Assembly (NCBI GenBank): GCA_963762595.1
Contig: CAVXLI010000011.1
Location: 98,087 to 162,086 of the forward strand
Origin: an uncultured delta proteobacterium
Lineage (GTDB): Bacteria > Desulfobacterota > Syntrophia > Syntrophales > Smithellaceae
DNA: 64,000 nt
Direction of reading: 5' to 3'
Positions 1-11,227 of the stretch are shown piece by piece. Each line of letters starts with the position of its first letter. Position 1 is the first letter of the stretch. A program made the position numbers and the translations under genes. The notes under the pieces were generated by a model. It ran no database searches. It was not told where the DNA came from and saw only the letters and a list, made by a program, of their open reading frames with translations.

Positions 1-75
1 CATTATGAGGAAGTTCCCGCGTATATCGCGGAAAAAATTATTGCCGAGTCGAAAAAAGAAAAAGAAGAAGAATAA
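1..75 (+). CDS. 3' end of an unidentified protein (partial, runs off the window start)
   Basis: Frame 1 is open from base 1 to TAA at 73-75 (HYEEVPAYIAEKIIAESKKEKEEE*). Lys/Glu-rich tail, no recognisable motif. Confidence 0.25.
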   Translation, partial: HYEEVPAYIAEKIIAESKKEKEEE

Positions 76-79
76 AACC

Positions 80-604
80 ATGATCCGCGCCGGAATTATA
101 ACGGTAAGCGACCAAAGGCTCCCAGGGTATACGTGAAGATTCAAGCGGCCCCGCCCTTGCAGAAATGCTTGCGGATGCGGCAATTGAAGTATGCAAATCT
201 CTCATCATTCCTGATGAAAAAGATCAAATAAAAGAAGCAATAATTAAATTGCGGATGTAGAAAATCTTGATTTGATTCTGACCACCGGCGGCACCGGTGT
301 CAGTCCCCGCGATGTAACTCCTGATGCGACATTGGAAGTAATCGACAAACAAATCCCCGGCATGGCCGAAGCCATGCGTCATCAAAGTATGAATATCACT
401 CCCCATGCCATGATTTCCCGTGCTATAGCGGGAATTCGCGGACGCTGTCTGATCGTCAATCTCCCCGGAAGCCCGAAAGGCGCCAAAGAAAATCTGGCTA
501 TAATTCTACCCGCGCTGAAACATGCCATCGAAAAAATTAAGGGAGATGATGCGAATGCGGCAGCCCCGTCTAATTTCATTTTGTACCGTAAAATTTGCCG
601 GTAA
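80..604 (+). pseudogene. MogA/MoaB-family molybdopterin adenylyltransferase, two frameshifts in this assembly
   Basis: ATG at 80 gives MIRAGIITVSD. The protein continues in another frame as KGSQGIREDSSGPALAEML...IIKL, then in ORF 272-604 (LILTTGGTGVSPRDVTPDAT...NLPGSPKGA). TGGTG-SPRD and PGSP motifs are typical of the family. Breaks near 118 and 255 sit at cc/gg doublets. Confidence 0.8.
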
Positions 605-631
605 CTCTTACGTAAATCAGCAAGAATTTCT

Positions 632-1155
632 TTATAACCTGCCATGAAAAGTGGCCAAGTGTTTTTCCATAAACTGCAGAGCATTACGCTGATGTGTACC
701 CGCCCAATAAATATTAAGGCAGGAAGGACATTGATTGTACTCGGTGCAATTTTCAAAGACATACGCGGCACTAAATTACGCACTTCTTCAGCAGGGATGG
801 AATTAAGCTTTTTGTTGCATTTAAGGCAAATTCTAAACATTTTTTGCTTATCTATCTTAAGAGAAAATTTATAGATAACATCATTCAGTTGATAGCCAAT
901 ATCATTATCGGCAATAAAGTATAAGCATCCGGAAAATTGACGATCCAACATATCCATTCTTCTTGTAAGCACAATTCTTCCTTCGGCAACGGCTAAACGC
1001 AGCATTTCCCTTCCGGCTTTTTTGGGAAACAATACTGTATCGTATCCTAAAAGCCGCAACCATTTAGCCAGTTTTCCCAGGGTAGCATCAGCAATGAATT
1101 TGGGATTGTCAAACATTAGCCGAAAAAAATTATTATTGCATTTTGGATTCATCAA
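632..1155 (-). pseudogene. Mut7-C RNase domain (DUF82-type) protein, one frameshift
   Basis: ORF 382-1155 carries FIADATLGKLAKWLRLLGYDT. After about 775 the conserved C-terminus (AYVFENCTEYNQCPSCLNIYWAGTHQRNALQFMEKHL, CxxC ribbon) is readable only in another frame, ending at TAA 632-634. Confidence 0.7.
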
Positions 1156-1384
1156 CTATTGGCGGCGGTTCGTTGACACGGAGTTCCTTGCGCAAATCGC
1201 GAATAGTCTTGTTCAAGCGGCTAATCGTGCGGTTCAGACGAAAACGCTCCACTATCCCCCATAAACCCGTAATTATTACTCCGGCCAGAAGAGAGGCAAA
1301 AATCAGCAGATAAGCCGGCACAACCACATCTAAATATTTAGTTTGCAAAAAATGATATTGCAGACGTACCGGCACCGAATTCAT
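1133..1384 (-). CDS. small membrane protein (LapA/DUF1049-like, weak)
   Basis: 83 aa with a hydrophobic N-terminal half (VVPAYLLIFASLLAGVIITGLWGIV) followed by a charged tail. Confidence 0.4.
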   Translation of the reverse strand: MNSVPVRLQYHFLQTKYLDVVVPAYLLIFASLLAGVIITGLWGIVERFRLNRTISRLNKTIRDLRKELRVNEPPPIVDESKMQ

Positions 1385-1452
1385 TTGGGAAAAAGTAACG
1401 ATAAAAATAATAAATACTATAGTTAAGAATTAAATAAATTATTCTCATCGCA

Positions 1453-1941
1453 TCATACCTCCTGATGATATTTTTTAAAGAGAGGAGCAAGATTAGCCGC
1501 TGTTGTAGCCACATCCTCCGGTATTACACGCACATTGCCAACCACACTCATAAAATTAGTATCGCCTTCCCAACGCGGAATTACATGAAGGTGAATATGT
1601 TCTTCAATACCGGCTCCGGCTGCCTTGCCGATATTCATGCCGATGTTGAATCCGTCCGGATTCATCGCTTCTCTAAGCGCCTTAACCGAGGTTTCCAAAA
1701 GATTGAATATTTCTTTTCTTTCTTCCTGAGACAAATCTTCGAATATTTGCCTGTATGCCGCTGGGGAATAATCATCAAATGACCGCTTACGTAAGGATAT
1801 CTGTTCATCATCACAAAGCGTGTATTTACCTTCATAAAGGACATAATCATCGCATCTCACGGAACATTTACAGAAAACGCAACCTTCAGTCTTTTCGCTT
1901 TTAATATATTCCATGCGCCAGGGAGCAAAAATAGTTTCCAT
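1453..1941 (-). CDS. HIT-family (histidine triad) nucleotide hydrolase/transferase with a hidden pair of compensating frameshifts
   Basis: The 162-aa ORF has APWRMEYI...GCVFC at the N-terminus and GAGIEEHIHLHVIPRWEGDTNFM (HxHxH) at the C-terminus. The conserved middle (NRYPYVSGHLMIIPQRH) exists only in the overlapping ORF 1662-1850. Confidence 0.8.
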   Translation of the reverse strand: METIFAPWRMEYIKSEKTEGCVFCKCSVRCDDYVLYEGKYTLCDDEQISLRKRSFDDYSPAAYRQIFEDLSQEERKEIFNLLETSVKALREAMNPDGFNIGMNIGKAAGAGIEEHIHLHVIPRWEGDTNFMSVVGNVRVIPEDVATTAANLAPLFKKYHQEV

Positions 1942-1959
1942 ATTTTAAAAACCAACCAC

Positions 1960-2451
1960 CTAGATGTTAATTATCCTACCTGCTACTTCTTTGTCAATTT
2001 CTAATATGCCGATAGTTCTGGAAGACGAAAAATGTCTATCCACCGCCGAACCGGGATTAAAGAATAGCACATTACCCTTTTTATGATTTGCCGGTTTATG
2101 CGTATGTCCATAAACAATACAATCCACATCATTAAATCTATCCAATATTTTTTCTTCAATACCCCAGGGAGACCCCCAGCCATGAATCACAACGAATTTA
2201 AATCCTTTTATTTCAAAAAGCAAATGTTCAGGCAATTTTTCTTTAACTGAAGGATTATCCATGTTACCGCATACTGCTTTGACTTCTTTCCCCTCGAAAA
2301 TTTCCAAAACACGTAGATCAACCAGATCTCCGGCATGAAGAATCATATCTACATCGCTGAAATGTTCGACGATGCACCTTCTCACTTTATCATCATAACC
2401 TGTCAGATGAGTGTCGGAAATGACCCCAACTTTGATCTTCTTCTCTTCCAT
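1960..2451 (-). CDS. YfcE/MJ0936-family metallophosphoesterase
   Basis: Motifs GVISDTHL, HAGD, GNMD, VIHGW and YGHTHKP. Start taken at MEEKKIK (2451); the ORF is open to 2493. Confidence 0.85.
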   Translation of the reverse strand: MEEKKIKVGVISDTHLTGYDDKVRRCIVEHFSDVDMILHAGDLVDLRVLEIFEGKEVKAVCGNMDNPSVKEKLPEHLLFEIKGFKFVVIHGWGSPWGIEEKILDRFNDVDCIVYGHTHKPANHKKGNVLFFNPGSAVDRHFSSSRTIGILEIDKEVAGRIINI

Positions 2452-2547
2452 AATCAATGGCGAAATTATTAGCGACAAGAAATAAAAAAACAAGTCTTAT
2501 TTATAATGAGACTCCAATATGACAAGCATAGCATAGTCAGATTGGCA

Positions 2548-2665
2548 AGCCGAATTATCCCGTGAGTGAAACGAAACGGAAATAAGATCCCAATTCCAAA
2601 AGCGAAGCGCATTGAAATTGGTTGGTCGAATTATCCCGCGAGCGTAGCGAAAAGGGATCATTAAC
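2548..2665. repeat. cluster of hairpin repeats of the GAAYTRATCCC...GGGAT family
   Basis: Units are ccgaattatcccgtgagtgaaacgaaacgg, a cccaattcc..gaaattgg hairpin, and tcgaattatcccgcgagcgtagcgaaaagggatcatt. Related copies occur at 7050-7175 (reverse), 8880-9085, 29358-29445 and 55384-55423. Confidence 0.7.
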
Positions 2666-2699
2666 CACTATATCCCATTAATAGAAAAGAGCTTTTAAT

Positions 2700-2728
2700 T
2701 TGACTTTACTGATAAGTAAAGCTATATT
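2700..2728 (+). promoter_or_regulatory. sigma-70-type promoter (TTGACT-17 nt-TATATT), likely giving a leaderless mRNA for the small ORF and ligA
   Basis: TTGACT at 2700-2705, a 17-nt spacer, TATATT at 2723-2728. The ATG at 2735 lies 7 nt after the -10 box and has no Shine-Dalgarno sequence before it. Confidence 0.4.
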
Positions 2729-2734
2729 TTAACT

Positions 2735-5022
<2,288 letters not shown>

Positions 5023-5027
5023 GGTTT

Positions 5028-5300
5028 ATGAAGAGAGTTCATGTTCATATCAGCGGCAGAGTACAGGGAGTATTTTTCCGCGCGGAAACACAACGTGCAG
5101 CTGTGGGTTTTAATGCCACCGGTTGGGTGCGTAATGTTCCCGATGGCCGTGTAGAAGCAGTTTTTGAAGGTGAAGACGAAAACGTGGATAAAATGCTTGC
5201 CTGGTGCCATATCGGCCCGCGCGCAGCTAGAGTCGAAAATGTTACAGTCAAAGAGGAACCTTACACCGGTGATTTTCAGGATTTCAGTATTAAATATTAA
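5028..5300 (+). CDS. acyP: acylphosphatase
   Basis: 90 aa with the VHVHISGRVQGVFFR...GWVRNVPDGRVE signature. Confidence 0.9.
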   Translation: MKRVHVHISGRVQGVFFRAETQRAAVGFNATGWVRNVPDGRVEAVFEGEDENVDKMLAWCHIGPRAARVENVTVKEEPYTGDFQDFSIKY

Positions 5301-5619
5301 TAAATACAATTTTGAAATTGCCTGTGTTACACGCCAATTGCGAAGATTAAAGATGCGACCCCTTCTCTTTTTTGCTCGATTATTGCTATCATCTACTAAT
5401 CCACAGTATATGGCAGTCGACTGAATTGAGGATTACTGGTTGGAAGGTGCAACACACTGCGTTTACACGCCGGGACGCGTCGTGGTTGTCCGCCTATTCT
5501 CTTCTCTGCCGCATGAACATCACTAACGGTAGGCAAGAAATCTTTTATTGTCCCAGAACGCATTTCTGTAAATCCATATCCTCTTTGTAAGCTCCAGACC
5601 TTTCGTCACTACTGCTCCT

Positions 5620-6162
5620 CTAGGGTTTGGTCCCAAAATGGTTTCGATGTAGCCAGCTCCACTCCGGACGGCGCTTTATCTTAGGAAGATCGGGATATCC
5701 TTTTTGCTTGCCGACAAGCACAACAGCGGCCAGTCTGTAATTCTCCGGCACACCGAGCAGTTTTTCCACTGCAGCCCGATCTTCTTTCCATAACTCGGAA
5801 GGTACAATTCCCAGGCCTTCTGCCGTGGCAGCTAAATACATGTTTTGTATACACATCCAGGCGGCCCAAATGTTTTGTTGACCTTGCTCGGAACACAGAG
5901 CGACGACACAGCAGTTTTTGTAAGCGTTTTTCTGTCCCGCTCCTGATCCTTTAAATATTTTCTCATTCTGGAGATATTTGTGTCGGGCGATTTCTTCTAT
6001 AAGTTTGGGGTCATCGACAATAATAAACTCCCAGGCCTGAAAATTCATGGGTGATGCCGCCATGGTTCCGGCCATTATAATCCTCTTCAGGGCCTCTTCC
6101 GTTGCGGGTTCAGTAAAACTGCGAATAGTTCTTCTCTTCGCAATTGCTTCATACACATCCAT
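5620..6162 (-). CDS. nitroreductase-family protein
   Basis: 180 aa. RRTIRSF near the N-terminus; length and composition fit the NAD(P)H-flavin nitroreductase fold. Confidence 0.8.
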   Translation of the reverse strand: MDVYEAIAKRRTIRSFTEPATEEALKRIIMAGTMAASPMNFQAWEFIIVDDPKLIEEIARHKYLQNEKIFKGSGAGQKNAYKNCCVVALCSEQGQQNIWAAWMCIQNMYLAATAEGLGIVPSELWKEDRAAVEKLLGVPENYRLAAVVLVGKQKGYPDLPKIKRRPEWSWLHRNHFGTKP

Positions 6163-6204
6163 AAAATTTCTCCTTTACCTTCTTTATTATTAGACTACTC
6201 CTCT

Positions 6205-6345
6205 ATTTTCCAATGGGTTAAATATCATAATAGCATTATTCATTGTTTTTAAAAGAGGAAAATAGCCTTATTGATTACGAAGTGAAATATTGCATTTTCG
6301 TAAAGGTTGACGATTTGTGGATAACAGGAAAAAGTGCTTACTGAA
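6205..6345 (-). promoter_or_regulatory. conserved upstream module with an extended -10 promoter (TGCTATTAT), copy 1
   Basis: About 140 nt upstream of the nitroreductase aligns by eye with 6885-7035 upstream of the thioesterase. TGnTATTAT (minus strand) sits at 6227-6235, and a conserved GTCAACCTT lies further upstream. Confidence 0.4.
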
Positions 6346-6463
6346 AATACCTACAACTGTTCAGTAGTGGTAATTAATCAGAATTGAGGATTACGGATCG
6401 AAAGAGAATAACATCTGAGCTAAGCGGTGGCCCCGCGTGCAGGACGTCCGTTTGAACGAATGG

Positions 6464-6847
6464 TTAGGTCGTGGCTTTCTTCGGTGTGAAGATCACATAG
6501 TTTCCGTTCGCTTGAGCAACTAACAATTGCTCTAAGAATACGCGCGACTCAAGGTTCGCAACTGTTTTGCCACGGTTCACGATCTCGGTCGTGCAAGTGA
6601 GGCGACCTGCAACTATTGGCTTGAAGTAATTGATCTTGATTTCTATGGTGGCGCATAATTCGCCTTCAGCAAGCGTTGGGTAGAGGGCTGCGCCCATTCC
6701 TGTATCGGCCATCGCGTAGATCACTGCGCCATGGACGACATGGTGTGGATTGAGGTGATCCTTCGTCACGACGAGGCTTAGATTGCTGAAGCCGGCGCGC
6801 TGCTCATCGACTCTCAGATCGATCAAATCGGCGAATGGATGGGTCAT
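6464..6847 (-). CDS. PaaI-family hotdog-fold thioesterase
   Basis: 127 aa. HGAVIYAMADTGMGAA and GRLTCTTEIVNRGKT are typical of the PaaI/YbgC-type thioesterase fold. Confidence 0.8.
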   Translation of the reverse strand: MTHPFADLIDLRVDEQRAGFSNLSLVVTKDHLNPHHVVHGAVIYAMADTGMGAALYPTLAEGELCATIEIKINYFKPIVAGRLTCTTEIVNRGKTVANLESRVFLEQLLVAQANGNYVIFTPKKATT

Positions 6848-6884
6848 AGTTTCCGAGACCTAACAATTTATATATGAACTTCGC

Positions 6885-7035
6885 TCTTTCCGATAATTTG
6901 AGCAGCATAATAGCACTATTTATTTATTTTAAAAGAGAATAATACGCCGTCTCATCTATTATGGATTGAAGTATAGCACTCTCTTCAAGGTTGACTACTT
7001 GAGCATTACAGGAAGAAGTCGTTAAAAACAATTTG
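6885..7035 (-). promoter_or_regulatory. conserved upstream module with an extended -10 promoter, copy 2
   Basis: Same module as 6205-6345. TGCTATTAT (minus strand) at 6907-6915. A shorter third copy of the core (TGCTATGTT) lies at 36871-36879, upstream of the Cache kinase. Confidence 0.4.
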
Positions 7036-7049
7036 TTGCTTCCTACAAA

Positions 7050-7175
7050 TCTCGACGTGCTACGCTAGAGGCATTCTTTGATCCCACGTCGCTACGCTCC
7101 TGGGATCAATTCCACTAACGCTTCAAACTTCACTACGCTCGTTTTACCACGGCGCTACGCCTGGTATAATTCGTC
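7050..7175. repeat. hairpin-repeat cluster (reverse orientation; loops carry GCTACGC)
   Basis: Four units carry gctacgc: cgacgtgctacgctagagg, gatcccacgtcgctacgctcctgggatc, cactacgctcg and taccacggcgctacgcctggta. The cluster ends in ataattcg, the reverse complement of cgaattat. Confidence 0.65.
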
Positions 7176-7220
7176 CAGCAAACTTCAGTGCACTTTGTTT
7201 CTGAAGCTTGGGTCTCATTA

Positions 7221-8402
7221 TCAGCGAGTGTCATTGATTGCTTCGGCAAATCCCTCCATTGAATTGATTATCGTCGCATCATCAACGCAATAGGCGATGC
7301 GGAAGTAGCCCGGACCGCCGAAGCCGCTGCCGGGGACAACAAGAATGTTCTTCTTCAAAAGCATTTTGACGAATTCTACATCATCCGGAATCGGGCTCTG
7401 GACAAATAAATAAAACGCCCCCTGCGGTTTTTCGAATTTGTATCCTGCTTTGGCTAATCCCTCGCAAAGAATGTCGCGTTTTTTTTGATACACTTTCACA
7501 TCGACTGCTGCATCCTGTAATTTGGCAACAATCCTTTGCATCAACGCCGGTGCGTGGACATAGCCTAATATTCGCGTGCAGAGAACTAAAGCGTTAAGCA
7601 GATCAGTGCCATGCTCAATTTCCGGATTGACGGCAATATAACCGATTCTTTCTCCCGGCAGTGACAGAGTTTTGGAATAAGAATAAGCAATAATACTGTT
7701 TTTGTAAGCTTTCAAAATACTGGGCACAGTAATACCATCATAAACGATTTCGACATACGGTTCATCGGAAACAAGATAAATGGTTTTATTCAGCTCCTTG
7801 CCCTTCTCCGTCAAGAGTCGGGCAAGATCGTCGATATTTTGCTGGCTATAAACTTTTCCCGTAGGATTATTGGGTGAATTGATCAAAACGGCTTTTGTGT
7901 TATCGCTGACTGTCGCAGCAATTGTCTTTATATCTAGAGAAAAATCAGCGTTGGTCTTGGCAAATTTTACGACACCTCTATAATTATCAACATAAAAAGG
8001 GTATTCGACAAAATAAGGCGTCGGCACTATTACTTCATCTTCCGGATCAAGCAGAGATTTGAAAATCACATTCAATGCTCCGGCAGCGCCGCAGGACATA
8101 ATCACATGATCGGAGTTGAGTTTCAGGCCATGAGTTTTATTTATTTTTTCGGCAATTGCCTGTCGCGTCTGTATAAAACCGGCATTAGGCGCATAACCGT
8201 GCTTCATGGGAATTTCCTCGCCGGCAAGCTCTATCAGTTCTTTTTTAAATTCATCCGGCGGCTCTACATTGGGATTGCCCAAACTGAAATCATAAACTTT
8301 ATCGGCGCCATATTTCTTTTTCATAACGGCGCCTTCTTCAAACATTTTTCTGATCATCGATGATTTCGAAATGGATGATTTAATTTTTCGGGCAATAGAC
8401 AT
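7221..8402 (-). CDS. class I/II PLP-dependent aminotransferase (aspartate/alanine type)
   Basis: 393 aa. INSPNNPTGKVY, and SYSKTLSLPGERIGY carrying the Schiff-base lysine. Confidence 0.88.
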   Translation of the reverse strand: MSIARKIKSSISKSSMIRKMFEEGAVMKKKYGADKVYDFSLGNPNVEPPDEFKKELIELAGEEIPMKHGYAPNAGFIQTRQAIAEKINKTHGLKLNSDHVIMSCGAAGALNVIFKSLLDPEDEVIVPTPYFVEYPFYVDNYRGVVKFAKTNADFSLDIKTIAATVSDNTKAVLINSPNNPTGKVYSQQNIDDLARLLTEKGKELNKTIYLVSDEPYVEIVYDGITVPSILKAYKNSIIAYSYSKTLSLPGERIGYIAVNPEIEHGTDLLNALVLCTRILGYVHAPALMQRIVAKLQDAAVDVKVYQKKRDILCEGLAKAGYKFEKPQGAFYLFVQSPIPDDVEFVKMLLKKNILVVPGSGFGGPGYFRIAYCVDDATIINSMEGFAEAINDTR

Positions 8403-8437
8403 AAATGCTAAGCTCCCTGGAAACAGTTACGAGAATA

Positions 8438-8755
8438 TTAAGAGTCGTGTTTACGGCGTCTCACCAAAATATAAACGCCAATCAAAACCAGAATGGCCGG
8501 CAATATATACTGGGAATACTTATAAAGCTCAAACCCATAAAATTCGGTAATCAGAAACAATACACCGACAATAGTGATAAACCAGCCGCCAACATCTTTG
8601 ACTCTCTGAATCAGCGTGCAGATACCGACGACAATGAGCAATATCGGCCAGGTCTGCTTGAAGGAATAAATTTCCGCTTTGGCCAAATAAATCAAAACGC
8701 CTAAAGTAATTAAAATCATGCCGCCGGTAAGAACATTATGCTTCGATTTTGCCAT
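8438..8755 (-). CDS. small integral membrane protein (about 4 TM helices)
   Basis: 105 aa, mostly hydrophobic with a basic tail (RRRKHDS). Weak resemblance to LiaF-TM/DUF5668-type proteins. Confidence 0.4.
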   Translation of the reverse strand: MAKSKHNVLTGGMILITLGVLIYLAKAEIYSFKQTWPILLIVVGICTLIQRVKDVGGWFITIVGVLFLITEFYGFELYKYSQYILPAILVLIGVYILVRRRKHDS

Positions 8756-8879
8756 AAAAATAATCTCCTTTTTCTGTTATCTTTAAGCGGCCGGATTTTA
8801 CTCCGGCTGCATTGGTTGTTGAAACTCCAATTTCAAAAACGTAGTGCATAACCTAAAGGTCACGTTACCGCTGAAGCTT

Positions 8880-9085
8880 GCAGGTCGAATTAATGAAACT
8901 CAGATATTATCCCTTTACGGGATGTCGTGTCTTTGAAAATAGCCTTCGGCTCTTTCCAGAGGTGCTCCACAAACGCAGTGCAATAATATCTGTTAGCTGA
9001 ATTAATCCCATAGCCAAAGGCTATTGGAGCTATCCCGCAAAGCGGAGGGAATGAACTACAAAGCGTACTTTGTAGTTCATTCCCG
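8880..9085. repeat. array of at least five short stem-loops ending in a perfect 17-bp hairpin
   Basis: Stem-loops: atccc-tttac-gggat, atagcc-ttcg-gctct, atagcc-aaag-gctat and tcccgc-aaag-cggaggga. The last is gggaatgaactacaaag-cgta-ctttgtagttcattccc (9047-9084). Contains the family boundary words tcgaatta and ctgaattaatccc. Confidence 0.7.
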
Positions 9086-9089
9086 TGGC

Positions 9090-9855
9090 TTATAATTTTT
9101 CCGCTAACTTCAGAAAGGGTTTAAACAAATCAATGGGTATGGGAAATAACGTCGTGGAATTGTTTTCCGCAGCAATCTGATTCAACGTCTGCAGGTAACG
9201 CAGTTGCAGCGACATCGGCTGTGTTTCCATCAAAGCGGCGGCTTCAATGAGTTTCTGTGCGGCCTGGAATTCGCCTTCAGCATTGATGACCTTGGCTCGT
9301 CGTTCTCTTTCCGCTTCTGCCTGTTTGGCAATGGCCCGTTTCATCTCTTCGGGCAGATCTATCTGTTTCACTTCCACCAGTGATACTTTAATACCCCAGG
9401 GCTCGGTACTGCGATCCAGGATTTCCTGCAATTGCATATTGATCTTTTCCCGCTCCGAAAGAATTTCATCCAACTCCACCTGACCGCAGACACTCCGCAG
9501 CGTGGTCTGAGCAAGCTGCGATGTGGCGTAGAGATAATTTTCGACATTGATCACCGCGGCATTGGCATCCATAACACGGAAATAAACAACGGCGTTGACT
9601 TTAATGGAAACGTTGTCTTTGGTAATAACATCCTGCGGAGGAACATCCATCGTGATTGTCCGCATATCTACTTTAACCACTTTATCAATTACGGGAATGA
9701 TAATGATCAGGCCGGGGCCTTTGACGTCCCGAACTACGCCCCAGACGAAAAACAACAGCCCTTTCATATTCATTCAATACTCGAATCGCCGATGCCAAAA
9801 ACATTACCACCAATACAACAACAACTATTGTCGGCAAAGAAAAAGCTCCAAACAT
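9090..9855 (-). pseudogene. SPFH/band-7 (stomatin-prohibitin-like) membrane protein, one frameshift near the N-terminus
   Basis: ORF 9090-9773 is a typical SPFH core ([14 protein letters not shown]...VNAVVYFRV...coiled coil [11 protein letters not shown]). The true N-terminus MFGAFSLPTIVVVVLVV...[13 protein letters not shown] starts at 9855, after GGAGGA, in another frame. Confidence 0.85.
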
Positions 9856-9889
9856 TTTACTTTCCTCCTTTTATTTATTTCTAAAATTT

Positions 9890-11196
9890 TTATTCTTTCT
9901 TTATTTCTTCCACGATCAAGTTCAGTCCTTCAACTTTGACAATTTTTACTTTTGCTCCCTTTTTTATCGGCTTTTCACTTGTCGCCTTCCAGTATTCTCC
10001 TTTAAAAACACTTTCCCTTCATTGGCAATGTCCGTCAGCGCTTCAGCTTCCGCACCAATCATTGCTTCTGCGCCTGTTGAATTCTTTCTCATTTGCGCTT
10101 TAATCGCCATCCAAATAACAACAATAAAAAAACCGGAAACCAATAATACCGCGGGAATCAATACCTGCAAAGAAATACGCAATGCCGGCTCCGGCGTATC
10201 AAACAATAAGCAATGATCCCAAAACCAATGAAATTACACCTCCAACAGTAAGCATACCATGACTCATAACTTTTATCTCCGCAATAAATAAAATAACGCC
10301 GAAAATTATCAGCAAAATTCCCGTATAATTTACCGGCAATGTGGACAGACCGAAAAACGCCAGCAGCAGCGATATGCCGCCGATTACTCCGGGTAAAATC
10401 GCGCCCGGCGTGGAGAGTTCAAAATACAGACCCGCCAGACCGATCAATAAAAGAATATAAGAAATATTGGGATCGGAAATAGCCGCCAGTATTCCCTGCC
10501 GCGTTCCCATCTTCTTTATTATTGATTACGCGCATTTTTTGTCGATATTTTCTTTTTGCCGCTGGCCAGAGTTACTTCTTTCTGATCAATTGCCGCCAAA
10601 AGTTTATCGACATCCGGAGCGACAAAATCAATGACATTTAGTTTGAGCGCTTCTTCGGCGGTTATGGATTCGCTTTTGCGCACCGCTTTTTCCACCCATT
10701 CTTCAGAGCGGCCTCTTGTTTTGGCAATGCTGCGGGCGTAAGCGGCGGCATCATTTTCCACTTTTTTGGACATGGTTTTATCCATTGTCTCCCGCCGCCG
10801 ATGCCAATAGCCACGGGATGAGCAGCGCCGATATTCGTGCCGGGAGCCATGGCCGCTATATGGGCGGCAGACGCGATAATTACACCGGCAGACGCGGCGC
10901 GCGCACCGGAAGGATAAACAAAAACAATTACCGGCAAGGGAGCATTAAGAATGCTTTTGGCAATATCACGCATCGCTGTATCCATTCCCCCGGGCGTATC
11001 CAGCAAAATAATCATTCCTTCGGCACCGGCTTTTTGCGCCTCTTCAATGCTGTTGGCTATATATTTTGCCGTTGGCGACGTAATAACACCTTCAACTTTA
11101 ATCACATTAAATACAGGTTTCTTCTCTTGCGCCAAACCGCCAGCGTTCAGTAAATATTATTAATAATATAAATATATAAATTATTTTTTTGAACAT
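9890..11196 (-). pseudogene. NfeD-family membrane-bound serine protease (long form), at least four frameshifts
   Basis: ClpP-like N-domain (ILLDTPGGMDTAMRDI, SAGVIIASAAHIAAMAPGTNIGAAHP), TM bundle (ORF 10199-10510) and C-terminal OB domain (GAKVKIVKVEGLNLIVEE, stop 9890-9892). Sits immediately upstream of the SPFH gene, the usual pairing. Confidence 0.85.
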
Positions 11197-11227
11197 TTTT
11201 CCCACCTTTTGTTTTATTCTTATGAAT

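Noticed and set aside
2620-2660. tRNA-like T-arm resemblance (GGTCGAATTATCCC) in the hairpin repeats
   Set aside because: No acceptor stem, D-arm or anticodon arm can be built around it. The word is part of the repeat-family boundary.
2548-2665. Possible mini-CRISPR array (also considered at 29358-29445 and 7050-7175)
   Set aside because: There are only two or three units per site. Spacing is irregular (about 37-58 nt), units are not identical and are themselves palindromic, and no cas genes are present. REP/BIME-like hairpin repeats fit better.
5372-5590. 72-aa plus-strand ORF in the 320-nt gap after acyP
   Set aside because: No RBS or start context. Composition is Cys/Trp/Arg-rich and atypical. 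The partial nucleotide similarity to 6381-6460 does not preserve a reading frame, so this is more likely a non-coding module or gene remnant.
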